Shown here in pieces: positions 1 through 18,599 of a stretch of DNA of 64,000 nucleotides. The DNA is from Terriglobales bacterium (GTDB lineage Bacteria; Acidobacteriota; Terriglobia; Terriglobales; Acidobacteriaceae), in the NCBI GenBank assembly GCA_963701805.1, contig CAVPBA010000002.1:2571801-2635800 (forward strand), read 5' to 3'. The notes below the pieces were generated by a model that worked only from the letters and a program-made list of their open reading frames with translations, was not told the origin of the DNA and ran no database searches. A program made the translations under genes and the position numbers. Within the stretch, counting starts at the first letter, position 1. Every line of letters starts with the position of its first letter.

Positions 1-1287
1 CAATACGTCTTACTCGCCGATGGCCACCTGTTCTCGGCAATCGTCAGGCACCCGGCGACGACCTACAGTTCGCTCGCGCCGCCTTCCCTGCCGCCCATGA
101 AACAGGTTCCCATCGGATCGACCGTTCACGTGACAGGGGTCTGCATCCTGGAAGACGCAAACCCCTTCGACGCCAACGTGCCGTTCGACCTGATGATGCG
201 TTCTTACGAGGACATCGCAGTCATTGCGCGGCCTTCCTTGCTGTCAGTACGCAACCTGATGCGCCTCATCAGCGTGCTGCTGGTGATCATGCTGGCGGTC
301 AGTTCGTGGGGCTGGATGCTGCGGGGCAAGGTTCGACGCCAAACCGCCGTGCTGGCCGCGCGGGCCGAAGCCGAGGCGGATGCAGAGCGGCAAAACGCGC
401 GTCTGCAGCAGCAACGAAGCCGGATTCTGGAGGATATCAACGGGGCGCGTCCCCTGGTCGAGGTGTTGGAAGAGATTCTCGACTTTGTGTCGTTCCAATT
501 GCATGGCGCACCCTGCTGGTGCGAAATTGCGGATGGAGCGCGGCTGGGAAGCCACGGAGCAGATACGAGCGGCGCGCGCGTTGTCGAGGAGGCTATCCCG
601 GCGCGATCCGGACCGCCGCTCGGAACCATTTTTGCGGCCGTCTATCCACACACGCCAGTGGAAATCGAGAAAGAGGCTTTCTTTACTGGATCGCGACTGG
701 CGACGCTGGCGATCGAGAACCGCCGCCTGTATTCAGACCTTGTGCATCGTTCGGAGTTCGATCAGTTGACCGACATCCACAATCGCTTTTCCCTCGACAA
801 GGAGATGGAGGCCCAGATCGCCCGGGCGCGCGCGAATGCCGGCGTCTTTGGCCTCATCTACGTGGACCTGGACGAATTCAAGCAGGTCAACGACCAGTAC
901 GGGCACCGGGTGGGTGATTTGTACCTGCAGGAAGCCTCGCGACGCATGAAACGTCAGCTTCGATCCGCGGATCTTCTGGCGCGAATCGGCGGCGATGAAT
1001 TCGCGGTCCTGCTCCCGGCGGTGCACAACCGTTCCGAGGTTGAAGAGATCGCTCACCGTCTGGAGAATTGCTTCGCCGCACCCTACGTGGTGGAGGGCTG
1101 TGTCCTCCGCGGATCCGCTAGCATCGGCATCGCGCTCTACCCTGACGACGGAACAACCAAGGACAGCCTGCTGAGCGCGGCCGACGCAGCGATGTATGTG
1201 ACCAAGCATATAAAGCAGGGCGAGGGAGAAACAGCGGGAGCGACGGATAACCCGGCGATCGGTCGCCGCGGCGACAATCGAGGCTGA
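1..1287 (+). CDS. Membrane-anchored diguanylate cyclase (GGDEF), 5'-truncated by window edge
   Basis: Frame open from base 1; TM helix, then DLDEFKQVNDQYGHRVGD, RSAD I-site and ARIGGDEF. Confidence 0.92.
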   Translation, partial: QYVLLADGHLFSAIVRHPATTYSSLAPPSLPPMKQVPIGSTVHVTGVCILEDANPFDANVPFDLMMRSYEDIAVIARPSLLSVRNLMRLISVLLVIMLAVSSWGWMLRGKVRRQTAVLAARAEAEADAERQNARLQQQRSRILEDINGARPLVEVLEEILDFVSFQLHGAPCWCEIADGARLGSHGADTSGARVVEEAIPARSGPPLGTIFAAVYPHTPVEIEKEAFFTGSRLATLAIENRRLYSDLVHRSEFDQLTDIHNRFSLDKEMEAQIARARANAGVFGLIYVDLDEFKQVNDQYGHRVGDLYLQEASRRMKRQLRSADLLARIGGDEFAVLLPAVHNRSEVEEIAHRLENCFAAPYVVEGCVLRGSASIGIALYPDDGTTKDSLLSAADAAMYVTKHIKQGEGETAGATDNPAIGRRGDNRG

Positions 1288-1378
1288 GAGGCAGCTCCGG
1301 GATTGCAATCTCCCTGACGAGTCCGCGGCGTGTCGAGAGGGCGGGGGCGCTCGCCGCCATGTCGATAAGGTCCGACCC

Positions 1379-2407
1379 TCAACGCACGTGCAGTTGGGAG
1401 ATCGCGACCTTCCCCTTGACGATTTCGGCACGGCGCCAGCTGCTTTTGTCGTTCAGGGCCACCCAGCGGCGCTCCTCGGCGCGATAGTGCCAATCCTTGT
1501 CGAGTTGGAAATAAATCAGCAGGCCGCTCGACTCCAGCACATTGAGAATGCTGTTGTCGTGCGAGTTCTTCTCGTCGAAATCGGTGGTCGCGCTCTGGCC
1601 CATCTCGGAGTAGATTTCATTCAACTCGAAGAGCAGGCCGTTGACGCAGTCTTCCATGGGCTCGACCTTGAGGCCGATGCGATGCGCCTCGCGCAGCGTA
1701 ATGGGGTAGTTGTGCGAGGGATAGCCGGAATTGAGGATGTTGGAAATCTCGCGCGCCCGCTCCTGGTCTTGCATGTGATAAGACAGGATTTCTTCGCAGA
1801 TGCGGGTAGACAGAGCGCTGGAGCGGTCGACGGCGCCGATCACAATCGGGTGCATGTACGGAAACAGGGCTTCGTACGGGTTCTTGGTTGAATCCTTGGC
1901 CTGTTCGGTCCACAGGCGGATTACGCGCAGGAGTTCATCGTTGCTGACGCTGACGCGGTCGTTATCGCGGTCGATCGGCGAGAGGTCGTGGGTCAACGAT
2001 GTGTCGACCGCCGAGAGATGGGCCAGAGGTCCCATAATGATGCGGTCAGCGCCCAGTGCGAGCATGGTGGCGGCAGACTGGCACTCAAGAGGCGCGAGGA
2101 CGGTCAAGTGCTTGACGTACCGGCGCAGCAGGTTGACCATGCGCAGAGCCGCCTGCCCCGAACCGCCATCGGACTTGATAAACAGGGAAAGGCGCTCCAG
2201 CATGCCGGTCGAACGCAGGAGCGCGTAGAGGCCGGCAACGTCATTCTGGCAGATGGCGCCCTTGGTGGAATTCCAGTAAGTGAAGACGGGCTCGCCCAAC
2301 GCGGCGGAGAGGCGCTCGATAACCGGCTGGGTGCGCTCCATGAGAATGGGCGGCTTGGCAACCGCGCGATCACGGGCAGGGGACGGTACCACTGATTTTT
2401 TTGGCAT
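1379..2407 (-). CDS. Clp-fold serine proteinase (SDH_sah / S49-like family)
   Basis: Motifs KSDGGSG, CQSAATMLALGADRIIMG, AVDTSL and YPSHNYPIT. Confidence 0.75.
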   Translation of the reverse strand: MPKKSVVPSPARDRAVAKPPILMERTQPVIERLSAALGEPVFTYWNSTKGAICQNDVAGLYALLRSTGMLERLSLFIKSDGGSGQAALRMVNLLRRYVKHLTVLAPLECQSAATMLALGADRIIMGPLAHLSAVDTSLTHDLSPIDRDNDRVSVSNDELLRVIRLWTEQAKDSTKNPYEALFPYMHPIVIGAVDRSSALSTRICEEILSYHMQDQERAREISNILNSGYPSHNYPITLREAHRIGLKVEPMEDCVNGLLFELNEIYSEMGQSATTDFDEKNSHDNSILNVLESSGLLIYFQLDKDWHYRAEERRWVALNDKSSWRRAEIVKGKVAISQLHVR

Positions 2408-2561
2408 GCGAAGTCAGGTAAAGATTAGGGCTGGCTTGGTCCTATCTTAGCAAAGGATGGATCCGGGAAAGGTTCTTTGCCGGCATCCTTGCGGATTGTC
2501 AATGTGGGCACGAGGAGGCCGTGAAACGATAGCCGGTGACGTATTCTTCGGATGTGACACT

Positions 2562-2804
2562 ATGCGAATGAAAACCTGGGTTTTTGCGGGCGCCGTCGCA
2601 GCCTTGTTGCTGTTGAGTGGCGCTGCTCCAAGCGCCTATGCCAAGCACGCCCCCAAACCGCAGCGCCTCAAGCCGAGAAAAGACATGGGAGCGTACGGCG
2701 GAAAGTACATGGCGCCCAAAAAGCAAAAGCCGCCGACCGGGTACTATCGCAATTCCCTGACCGGGCAGATGGTGTACGGAACGCCGCCGCAGCCGAAGCA
2801 TTAG
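2562..2804 (+). CDS. Small exported Lys/Pro-rich hypothetical protein
   Basis: Signal peptide MKTWVFAGAVAALLLLSGAAPSAYA, basic mature part; followed by a terminator. Confidence 0.65.
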   Translation: MRMKTWVFAGAVAALLLLSGAAPSAYAKHAPKPQRLKPRKDMGAYGGKYMAPKKQKPPTGYYRNSLTGQMVYGTPPQPKH

Positions 2805-2845
2805 GCGAAAGGCCGGAGCGGCCTCGAGATCTGGCAGAAATAATG

Positions 2846-2872
2846 AAGGCCCGGGTTATGCCCGGGCTTTTC
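2846..2872 (+). terminator. Rho-independent terminator
   Basis: aaggcccggg-ttat-gcccgggcttttct hairpin plus T tract. Confidence 0.7.
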
Positions 2873-3118
2873 TGCGTTCAAATTGCCGGCCGACACGATT
2901 CGGTGTCATCGATCAAGCTTCACCGACGATGGGGTTCCGGATCGTGAGGCTCCCTTGTGACATCCAGCCGCAAAGTTTTCTGAGACGATTCGGATCACTC
3001 CGTCGCTATTGAGGGTTGAGTACGCATGTACTCGGTGCACCGGGATTCGGTCGCTCTGGTTGCAGTCCCATAGCAACCTTGTCTGATTGAGGGGCACCAC
3101 AGCGAAGGAGATAAAGCA

Positions 3119-4110
3119 ATGCGAATCCGCCTGTCGATGTCCGTAGCCCTGATGCCCCTCGCCTGCACCACCTCCGCCGCCAGCGCCCAGGCGCCGCCAA
3201 GCGCCGATACGTTCGTGAGCAGCAACGCAGCCGCAAAGAACTTCGGTTCGCAACCCCTCCTCGCAGTGCAATCCGGCACCACGAGCTACATCCGGTTCAA
3301 CCTGTCAGGCCTGCCGTCTGGAGCAACGGTGAGCCGAGCGACGGTGCGGCTGTTCGTCGACGCCGTCTCTCAGGCAGGCAGCTTTGATGTGTACGAAATT
3401 GACCAGCCCTGGCTTGAAAACTCACTGAACTTCAACACCGCGCCCACCCTGGGCGTCTCGGCGAGCGGCGGCAAGCCGGTGGCGGTGGCGAAGTCGAGCT
3501 TGAACCAGTTCGTGCTGGTCGATATCACTCCCCTGGTGCAAGGTTGGCTCAGCGGGACGGTGCGCCCAACAATGGCCTCGCGATCGCCCTCGCAGGCGGC
3601 AATGCCGGCAGTTTCGGTTTCGACAGCAAGGAATCGGAATATACGAGCCATGAACCGGAGTTGGAAGTGACGTTCTCCGGTGTCGCCGGACCCGCCGGGG
3701 CGCAGGGGCCGCAAGGCTCAACCGGCCCTCAAGGACCAGCCGGACCGCAGGGCGTGCCAGGTATGACCGGTTCGCAAGGTTCTCAGGGGCCCATTGGACC
3801 GCCCGGGCCGCAGGGAGCTCAAGGACTTGGCGGAACTCCGGGCTTGTCGGGTCTGAACCAGGTTCTGTTCACCACAACGGTCGCTGACGCCTTCTCAGGA
3901 CAATACACAACTGTGTATTGCCCGGCGGGACAGACCGCCATCTCCGGTGGTTGCGATGCCGCATTCGGGTACTCCAACTCGGTACCTTATATCGCCCCCA
4001 CCATTGTCAAATCGACGCCATCGGGCAATTCGTATGTGTGCCGTTTCAGCGGCGGAAGCGGGATTAATATGCCGGTCGCAGCTGTTGCTGTTTGCGCGAA
4101 TGCGCAATGA
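3119..4110 (+). CDS. Secreted DNRLRE-like domain protein with collagen-like G-X-Y repeat; frameshift near 3560
   Basis: ORF 3119 (ADTFV...NFG...YIRFNLS...[10 protein letters not shown]) continues in ORF 3544 (NNGLAI...SKE...PELEV, then [10 protein letters not shown] repeats). Confidence 0.75.
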
Positions 4111-4195
4111 CGGTCCGTTGTGGAGCAAATCACGTCTTCACCCTAGAGCAGGACTGCGCTCCGGATCGCAGACGATCATCTGAAATTCGTGGTAT

Positions 4196-4240
4196 CCCAC
4201 CCCTTCCGCAGAAAAAAGCAGAAAGGATGGGGCACGGAGT
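4196..4240. repeat. GTGC-type REP-like palindrome
   Basis: cccacccctt...aaaggatggggcacggag; similar copies at 23604, 43284, 44460, 42434 and 8641. Confidence 0.75.
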
Positions 4241-4254
4241 TTCGTCGGCAAAGA

Positions 4255-4280
4255 AAAGGCCCGGCTCGCGCCGGGCCTTT
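4255..4280. terminator. Bidirectional terminator downstream of rpoC
   Basis: aaaggcccggc-tcgc-gccgggccttt hairpin between convergent genes. Confidence 0.8.
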
Positions 4281-4308
4281 GTTGATCACTGACAACTGAG
4301 CACTGTCG

Positions 4309-8501
<4,193 letters not shown>

Positions 8502-8640
8502 GGCGTCCCTCCTTGGCAGGCCTTTTGGACTGCCGCGGCTTTTCCCGGGATTCCTAGAGGATCCTTCCTTCCCGGGAAGCGGCGGTTACCGCTTTCAGGA
8601 AGGACCCTGAACAAACTCTGTAGCGTCCGACGATGCTGGT

Positions 8641-8672
8641 GTGCCCCAGGTCTCGATTCTGAGACCTGGGAT
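8641..8672. repeat. REP-like palindrome between rpoB and rpoC
   Basis: GTGC-CCCAGGTCTC-gattct-GAGACCTGGG. Confidence 0.7.
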
Positions 8673-8683
8673 CACCGCAAGCA

Positions 8684-13172
<4,489 letters not shown>

Positions 13173-13552
13173 GCTTCACTCCTGAGGCTCAAGTTCCGGT
13201 CGCTGGCCGTGGACGGGGCCCGCAGTCCGGGCCGACACCCGAGTCTCGGGGCGCCGGCAAATTTACGGTAAGAATCGATATCTCCGATTGGCCCACCGCG
13301 AGGAGCCAATCTCAACCCTATGCGCCGGCCTGCCTTGCGCAAGCCGCTAGGCATCGCGGGTCATTCATGCCAAGCACGGTTCATGAATTCGCGTCGAAAT
13401 TTGACCTGGAGCATTGCCGAGGCCTTGGGAAGTGCGCTAGACTGCGCACAATTGAGAGAAGGAAACACGCAGGTGCATAAAACTGCCATGGACAATCCTG
13501 CGCGTAAAGACGCAACTTAAGCCTGAAAGGCTAGTTCGTCGTCACAGGGAGA

Positions 13553-13588
13553 CACGAAAAGCCCGCAAGGACGCAATGCCTCACGAGC
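13553..13588 (-). terminator. Terminator/attenuator-like hairpin in rplL-rpoB intergenic region
   Basis: Minus strand GCTCGTGAGG...CCTTGCGGGC (with G-U pairs) followed by TTTTCGTG. Confidence 0.55.
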
Positions 13589-13945
13589 GTGGCCTGTTGC
13601 CAATGCTCCCATCCGAATTCTCAAAACCTGCTCTCGTCGATCCCAAAGGTCGCTTCTGCCGCTCTCGCCCGCCAGGTGAACGCCACCGTCAACAGATTCC
13701 GCCTAACCCATTGACTCTAAGGCACTTCATATTCGACCGACGCCCGCCGCCGGAGTGCTTGGCCTGACTCCGGCCAACTAGGCCTGTGTGCCAACCGCCA
13801 TTTCAAATGCAAATGCGCAGCCCGGTCCCGCTCAGTTCCCTCAGGAATGCGGAACGGGCTGGAAAGACGCGCAACTGACATAGTAACGCGTCTCGCCCCG
13901 GCTTGCAAGTGCAGGGCCGTTTCGGCCCGATCGAGTGCTCTGCAG

Positions 13946-14323
13946 CTATTTGATTTCGACCGTCGCCACGCCTTCGAACTTCTTCTTGATGGCCTCGGCC
14001 TCGTCCTTGGTCGCGTTCTCTTTAAGCGCCTTGGGAGCGCCATCGACCAGGTCCTTGGCTTCCTTGAGGCCGAGCGAGGTGACTTCGCGCACCGCCTTGA
14101 TGGTGTTGATCTTGTTCGCGCCCGCGTCCTTGAGGATGACCTGGAACTCGGTCTTCTCCTCAACTACGGGAGCTGCCGCCGCTCCGCCGCCGCCCGCCAC
14201 TGCAACCGGTGCTGCTGCTGCGGCCGAAACGCCGAGCCGCTCTTCGAGCTTCTTCACCAAAGCCGCCGCTTCCAGCAGGCTGAGGCTCACAATCTGTTCT
14301 TCCAACTGCGCGAGATCCGCCAT
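13946..14323 (-). CDS. rplL: 50S ribosomal protein L7/L12
   Basis: [22 protein letters not shown]...EEKTEF...[14 protein letters not shown]. Confidence 0.97.
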   Translation of the reverse strand: MADLAQLEEQIVSLSLLEAAALVKKLEERLGVSAAAAAPVAVAGGGGAAAAPVVEEKTEFQVILKDAGANKINTIKAVREVTSLGLKEAKDLVDGAPKALKENATKDEAEAIKKKFEGVATVEIK

Positions 14324-14440
14324 TTTTTTCTCCAATCGAAACCGTTGAATTTGATATACCCGGCCGCAAACTAAAGCTGAAAGTTTCCGATGCGCCCAGA
14401 CCAGCGCCCTTCCGGCCCGCCTTTACCGCCAAAACTTGAC

Positions 14441-15163
14441 TTAAACTTCGCTGCCAGCCGCAGCCGCTTCGCTTGCCGGCGCCGACTCTTCGCTCCCAGC
14501 CGCGGCCGCGGGAACTTCTTCGCTTACCGCAGCAGGCGCCGAAACAGGAACTTCGCTCACCGGTGCAGCCGGAGCAACTTCGCTCGTAGCCGCCGCGCTC
14601 GCCGCCGGCGCCGCAACCACGCTCGCCGCGGGCCCTGCAGCAAACTTTTCCTTTTCCACGCCCTGGCCCAGAACCACGGCCAGATCGCGACCGGTGGCAT
14701 TGAGGACCGTGGCCAGGCGCTGCGCCGGTGCGTTGATGAGGAACAGAAGCTTGGCAAAGATCTCTTCCTTGCCCGGCATCGTCGCCAGCGACTTGACCTC
14801 TTCGATATTCAGAACCTTGCCGTCAACAATGCCCAGCTTGAACTGGAATTCGGCATTCTCGCTGACCCACTTGGAAAAGCCCTTGGCCAGCGTCACCGGG
14901 TCACCGGAGGTGAAGGCTATCGCGCTGACGCCCTTCAGGCCCTTCAGAGCGCCTTCCACCTTGGTGCCCTCGCCGGCAATCGCGGCCAGTTTGTTCTTCA
15001 CCACGCGATACTTGCCACCCGACTCGCGGATCACCTTCCGCAGCGCAAAATCCTGCGCCACGGTCAGCTTGGCAAAGGTACCGATAATCGCCGTCGTCGA
15101 AGTCTCCAGCTCCTTGGCCAGTAGCTGAACCTTCTCGTGTTTCTTTCCTCTTGAAATCGCCAT
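14441..15163 (-). CDS. rplJ: 50S ribosomal protein L10 with long Ala/Pro/Glu C-terminal tail
   Basis: LTVAQDFALRK...YRVVKNKL...SLATMPGKEEIFAKLL; lies between rplA and rplL. Confidence 0.95.
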   Translation of the reverse strand: MAISRGKKHEKVQLLAKELETSTTAIIGTFAKLTVAQDFALRKVIRESGGKYRVVKNKLAAIAGEGTKVEGALKGLKGVSAIAFTSGDPVTLAKGFSKWVSENAEFQFKLGIVDGKVLNIEEVKSLATMPGKEEIFAKLLFLINAPAQRLATVLNATGRDLAVVLGQGVEKEKFAAGPAASVVAAPAASAAATSEVAPAAPVSEVPVSAPAAVSEEVPAAAAGSEESAPASEAAAAGSEV

Positions 15164-15176
15164 TGTGTGCTCCGCA

Positions 15177-15359
15177 CAGTGATCAGTGGACAGTGATCAG
15201 TGGTCAGTGAATTTCAAAGCCACGATCTTTCCTGTCCTCTAACCCCTTCTCTGCGCCCAAAGGGCGTCGGTTCGAACCTGCTCTTCAAATCTCATACCGC
15301 GACAGTGTGGGCAGCCCCAGTGCGCCAACTGATCCCTGACCACTGATCACTGACAACTG
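15177..15359. repeat. Paired inverted arrays of CAGTG(A/G)N heptamers in rplA-rplJ spacer
   Basis: cagtgat-cagtgga-cagtgat-cagtggt-cagtgaa ... aactgat-ccctgac-cactgat-cactgac-aactg. Confidence 0.85.
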
Positions 15360-15361
15360 TT

Positions 15362-16072
15362 TTAGTGCTTGCCCGCCGCGTCGGCGACGGCCGAATCCAG
15401 CGGCACCCCGGGGCCCATCGTCGAGCTCAGAGTGAGGCTCTTGATGTACTTGCCCTTGGCGGCCGAAGGCTTGGCGCGCACGATCGATGTAATCACCGTG
15501 GTCGCGTTATCCACCAGCTTCTGCGGAGCGAAGCTCAGCTTGCCCACCGGCACGTGCACAAGGCTGGTCTTGTCGGCGCGGAACTCCACCTTGCCGGCCT
15601 TGATTTCCTTCACCGCTGAAGCCACATCCACGGTCACGGTTCCAGTCTTGGGGTTCGGCATCAGGCCCTTGGGGCCCAGGATCTTGCCCAGCCGGCCTAC
15701 CACCTTCATCATGTCGGGCGTAGCGATCAGGGCGTCGAAGGCGGTCCAGTTTTCCTTCTGGATCTTCTCCACCATCTCCTCGCCGCCGACGAAATCCGCG
15801 CCGGCTTCCTGGGCTTCCTTCTGGCGGTCGCCGGTGGCGATCACGGCCACGGTCTTCGACTTGCCCAGGCCGTGGGGCAGAACGACCGTCCCGCGCACCA
15901 TCTGGTCGGCGTGACGCGTGTCGACGCCCAGACGCAGGGTCAGATCGACCGTTTCATCAAACTTGGCGTACTTGACTTTCTGCAGGAGGCTGACTGCATC
16001 CGGCAGCGGATAGGCCGGCTGTGTGACAGCAGCGCGCGCCTTCGCAATATTCTTGCTGAGTTTTCTGGCCAT
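15362..16072 (-). CDS. rplA: 50S ribosomal protein L1
   Basis: AKFDETVD...[12 protein letters not shown]...[16 protein letters not shown]...SSTMGPG. Confidence 0.98.
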   Translation of the reverse strand: MARKLSKNIAKARAAVTQPAYPLPDAVSLLQKVKYAKFDETVDLTLRLGVDTRHADQMVRGTVVLPHGLGKSKTVAVIATGDRQKEAQEAGADFVGGEEMVEKIQKENWTAFDALIATPDMMKVVGRLGKILGPKGLMPNPKTGTVTVDVASAVKEIKAGKVEFRADKTSLVHVPVGKLSFAPQKLVDNATTVITSIVRAKPSAAKGKYIKSLTLSSTMGPGVPLDSAVADAAGKH

Positions 16073-16080
16073 TCATCCCT

Positions 16081-16195
16081 CGTCTCCCACCGCTTGTTGC
16101 CAGCCCCTTTGCGGGGAACCACTTTCGGTTTGGGGGCAACTTTTCTGGTTGCCGCTTCCGAGCCGGGTGGCCCAACAGCCGTGGTGCTATTGACG
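16081..16195 (-). promoter_or_regulatory. Candidate L1-binding translational operator (circularly permuted) in rplA leader
   Basis: mRNA CGUC-AAUAGCA-CCAC ... GUGG-GA-GACG can pair into two helices around an asymmetric loop, adjacent to the SD. Confidence 0.55.
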
Positions 16196-16225
16196 GTCCG
16201 GGTACTCGTCCGGACACATCTTTGG

Positions 16226-16254
16226 ATCATACCGGAGTGGCAATGGAAATGCAA
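16226..16254 (-). promoter_or_regulatory. Sigma70-type promoter for rplA-rplJ-rplL
   Basis: TTGCAT-17 nt-TATGAT on minus strand. Confidence 0.7.
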
Positions 16255-16476
16255 AAAGCCTGGCCGCTCCGGGCACACTCCAAAGCGCAAATTTGATTGA
16301 GTACATGCGTTAGATGTTCAACGCCCTCAAAAAGTTACATTCATTTTTGCCGCGACTTGTCGCCGTAAAAATCCGCAACAAATCCGGACTGTCTGTGTCC
16401 AAGAAGTTGTGGAACGAGGCGCTGCGGCGGCCAGACAGCCGAGCCCGGGCAGCCACCTCAAAGGAGCACTAAAAAC

Positions 16477-17421
16477 ATGAAGAACGCAGCATTCGCAATA
16501 AGTCTGGCTGCCGGGGCCCTCATGATCATGGCGCCGGCTTTTGCCGCCAACGAGGGCAACGAGGGGCACGGCCAGGCGGTGATCACCGTCCTGCCCGCTC
16601 ACGACAAGGAGGCGACACCCGCCAACCTGTCGCAACAGGATCTCTCCATCAAGGTCAACGGCAAGGATTCAACCATCACCAACTGGATTCCTCTGCGCGG
16701 CGAGAATGACCAGTTGGAGCTGGTGGTGCTGATCGACGGCTCGGCCCGCACCAGTCTTGCCGCTCAAAATACCGATATCGCCAAATTTGTGAACACTTTG
16801 CCGGCCAACGCGAAGGTGGCGGTCGCGTACATGCAAAATGGAACAGCCGTGCTTACCAGCCCGCTAACCACCGATCACGCCGTGGCCGCGAAGGGGCTGC
16901 ACGTCCCGGGCGGAATCCCCGGCTCGAGCGCCAGCCCGTACTTTTGCCTCTCCAGCCTGGCGCAGCACTGGCCGTCGAACGACCGCGGCGCGCGCCGCGT
17001 GGTCGTCATGATTACGGATGGCGTGGACTACTACAATCCTCGCTACGATCCGGAGGACCCCTACATGCAGGCTTCGATCACCGATTCGGTTCGCGCCGGG
17101 CTGGTGGTTTACTCCATCTACTGGCAGAACCAGGGCCGCTTTGACCGCAGCGGTTATGCCACCAATGCGGGCCAGAACTTGCTTCTGAGTGTCACCCAGG
17201 CCACCGGCGGCAACAGCTACTGGGAAGGCTACGGCAACCCGGTTTCGTTCCAGCCTTACTTCAAGGACCTCGACCGGCGCCTCCAGAACCAGTACGAGGT
17301 CAGCTTTACGGCTCCCGTAAAAGGCAAGTCCCAGGTGGAGACCATCAAGCTGAAGGCCAACGGTCTATCCGGAAAAATCGATGCCCCGCAGCAGGTGTAC
17401 GTCGCCCCGTCGGGCCTGTAA
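16477..17421 (+). CDS. Exported VWA-like domain protein
   Basis: SD aaggag; signal peptide; LVVLIDGS and VVMITDGVD MIDAS-like motifs. Confidence 0.7.
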   Translation: MKNAAFAISLAAGALMIMAPAFAANEGNEGHGQAVITVLPAHDKEATPANLSQQDLSIKVNGKDSTITNWIPLRGENDQLELVVLIDGSARTSLAAQNTDIAKFVNTLPANAKVAVAYMQNGTAVLTSPLTTDHAVAAKGLHVPGGIPGSSASPYFCLSSLAQHWPSNDRGARRVVVMITDGVDYYNPRYDPEDPYMQASITDSVRAGLVVYSIYWQNQGRFDRSGYATNAGQNLLLSVTQATGGNSYWEGYGNPVSFQPYFKDLDRRLQNQYEVSFTAPVKGKSQVETIKLKANGLSGKIDAPQQVYVAPSGL

Positions 17422-17567
17422 GAAGAATTCAATTATCCGCACCAGAATGCGCGCCGCCTCCCCAGGTGGCGCGCATTGTGCTTTGGGCCGAATAGTCCGA
17501 ACCGGGACCGCCGCGGCACCCGTCGCCAAAGATGCAGGAGCGCACCTCTCTGCTAGACTGGGCGGCG

Positions 17568-18446
17568 ATGAAAACATTCCTCCTCCGAACCTTTTGCGTG
17601 GTGGCGTTCGTTGTAAACCTTGGAACTGCCCAAGATGTCATTCCCCTGTACCCCGGCATCCCGCCTGGCTCGACGCAGGAGAATTATCCGGAGAAGGAAT
17701 ACTTCTCAAAGGTCTGGAACACCGAAGTCGTCACCAACGTGACCAAACCGACCCTGACCGTTTATAAGCCGTCTCCGGAAATGAAAAACGGCACCGCGAT
17801 CGTCATTTGTCCTGGCGGCGGTTTTATGGCCCTCTCCATCACCAGCGAGGGCAGCGATGTAGCCAAGTACCTGGCCGCCAGGGGCGTGACCGCGTTCGTG
17901 TTGAAGTATCGGCTCGCGCACACCGGCGAGGACGCGACCCAGGAATTCGGCCCGCTCTTCGCGGACCCGCCGAAATTTCACGACATGCTGGAGAAGATCC
18001 TGCCCCTGTCCGTCGCCGACGGATTGGCGGCGGTGACCTACGTCCGCCAGCACGCGGCGGAGTGGGGAGTCTCTCCCGACCGTGTCGGCATCATCGGATT
18101 CTCGGCGGGCGGATCGGTCACTGTCGGCGTTGCCTTCAAATACGCACCCGAAGGCCGTCCCGCTTTCGTCGCCCCGATCTATGCCGGCGGGCCGCCAAAA
18201 GATACTCCCGTTCCGGCCGATGCGCCGCCGATGTTTATTGCCGCCGCCACCGATGACAACCTCGGGCTCGCGCCGCAGAGTATTGCCTTGTACCAGAAGT
18301 GGACGGAGGCTCACAAACCAGCCGAGCTGCATATGTACGCGAAGGGCGGGCACGGATTCGGAATGCACAAGCAGAACATTCCTACGGATCAGTGGATCGA
18401 TCGATTCGCCGATTGGCTGGAGCTGCAGGGGTTCTTGAAGAAGTAG
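17568..18446 (+). CDS. Exported alpha/beta hydrolase (esterase)
   Basis: CPGGGF, GFSAGG nucleophile elbow, GGHGFG. Confidence 0.9.
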   Translation: MKTFLLRTFCVVAFVVNLGTAQDVIPLYPGIPPGSTQENYPEKEYFSKVWNTEVVTNVTKPTLTVYKPSPEMKNGTAIVICPGGGFMALSITSEGSDVAKYLAARGVTAFVLKYRLAHTGEDATQEFGPLFADPPKFHDMLEKILPLSVADGLAAVTYVRQHAAEWGVSPDRVGIIGFSAGGSVTVGVAFKYAPEGRPAFVAPIYAGGPPKDTPVPADAPPMFIAAATDDNLGLAPQSIALYQKWTEAHKPAELHMYAKGGHGFGMHKQNIPTDQWIDRFADWLELQGFLKK

Positions 18447-18599
18447 CCACCGCGACCCGGTGGCGATTGCACGTCCATGCGTTGTCGCGTCCCGATCTTC
18501 CCGGTCCATTGCCTTTTAAGACCCGCGGCTTCGCGCATGTTAACGTGTTGCTATTCACGCGAGTTCTCGTGACAACTTCTGTTTCTGAAGAGAATCCTT

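Noticed and set aside
15212-15325. L10 leader RNA upstream of rplJ
   Set aside because: Could not recognise the conserved leader core by eye; needs an Rfam scan
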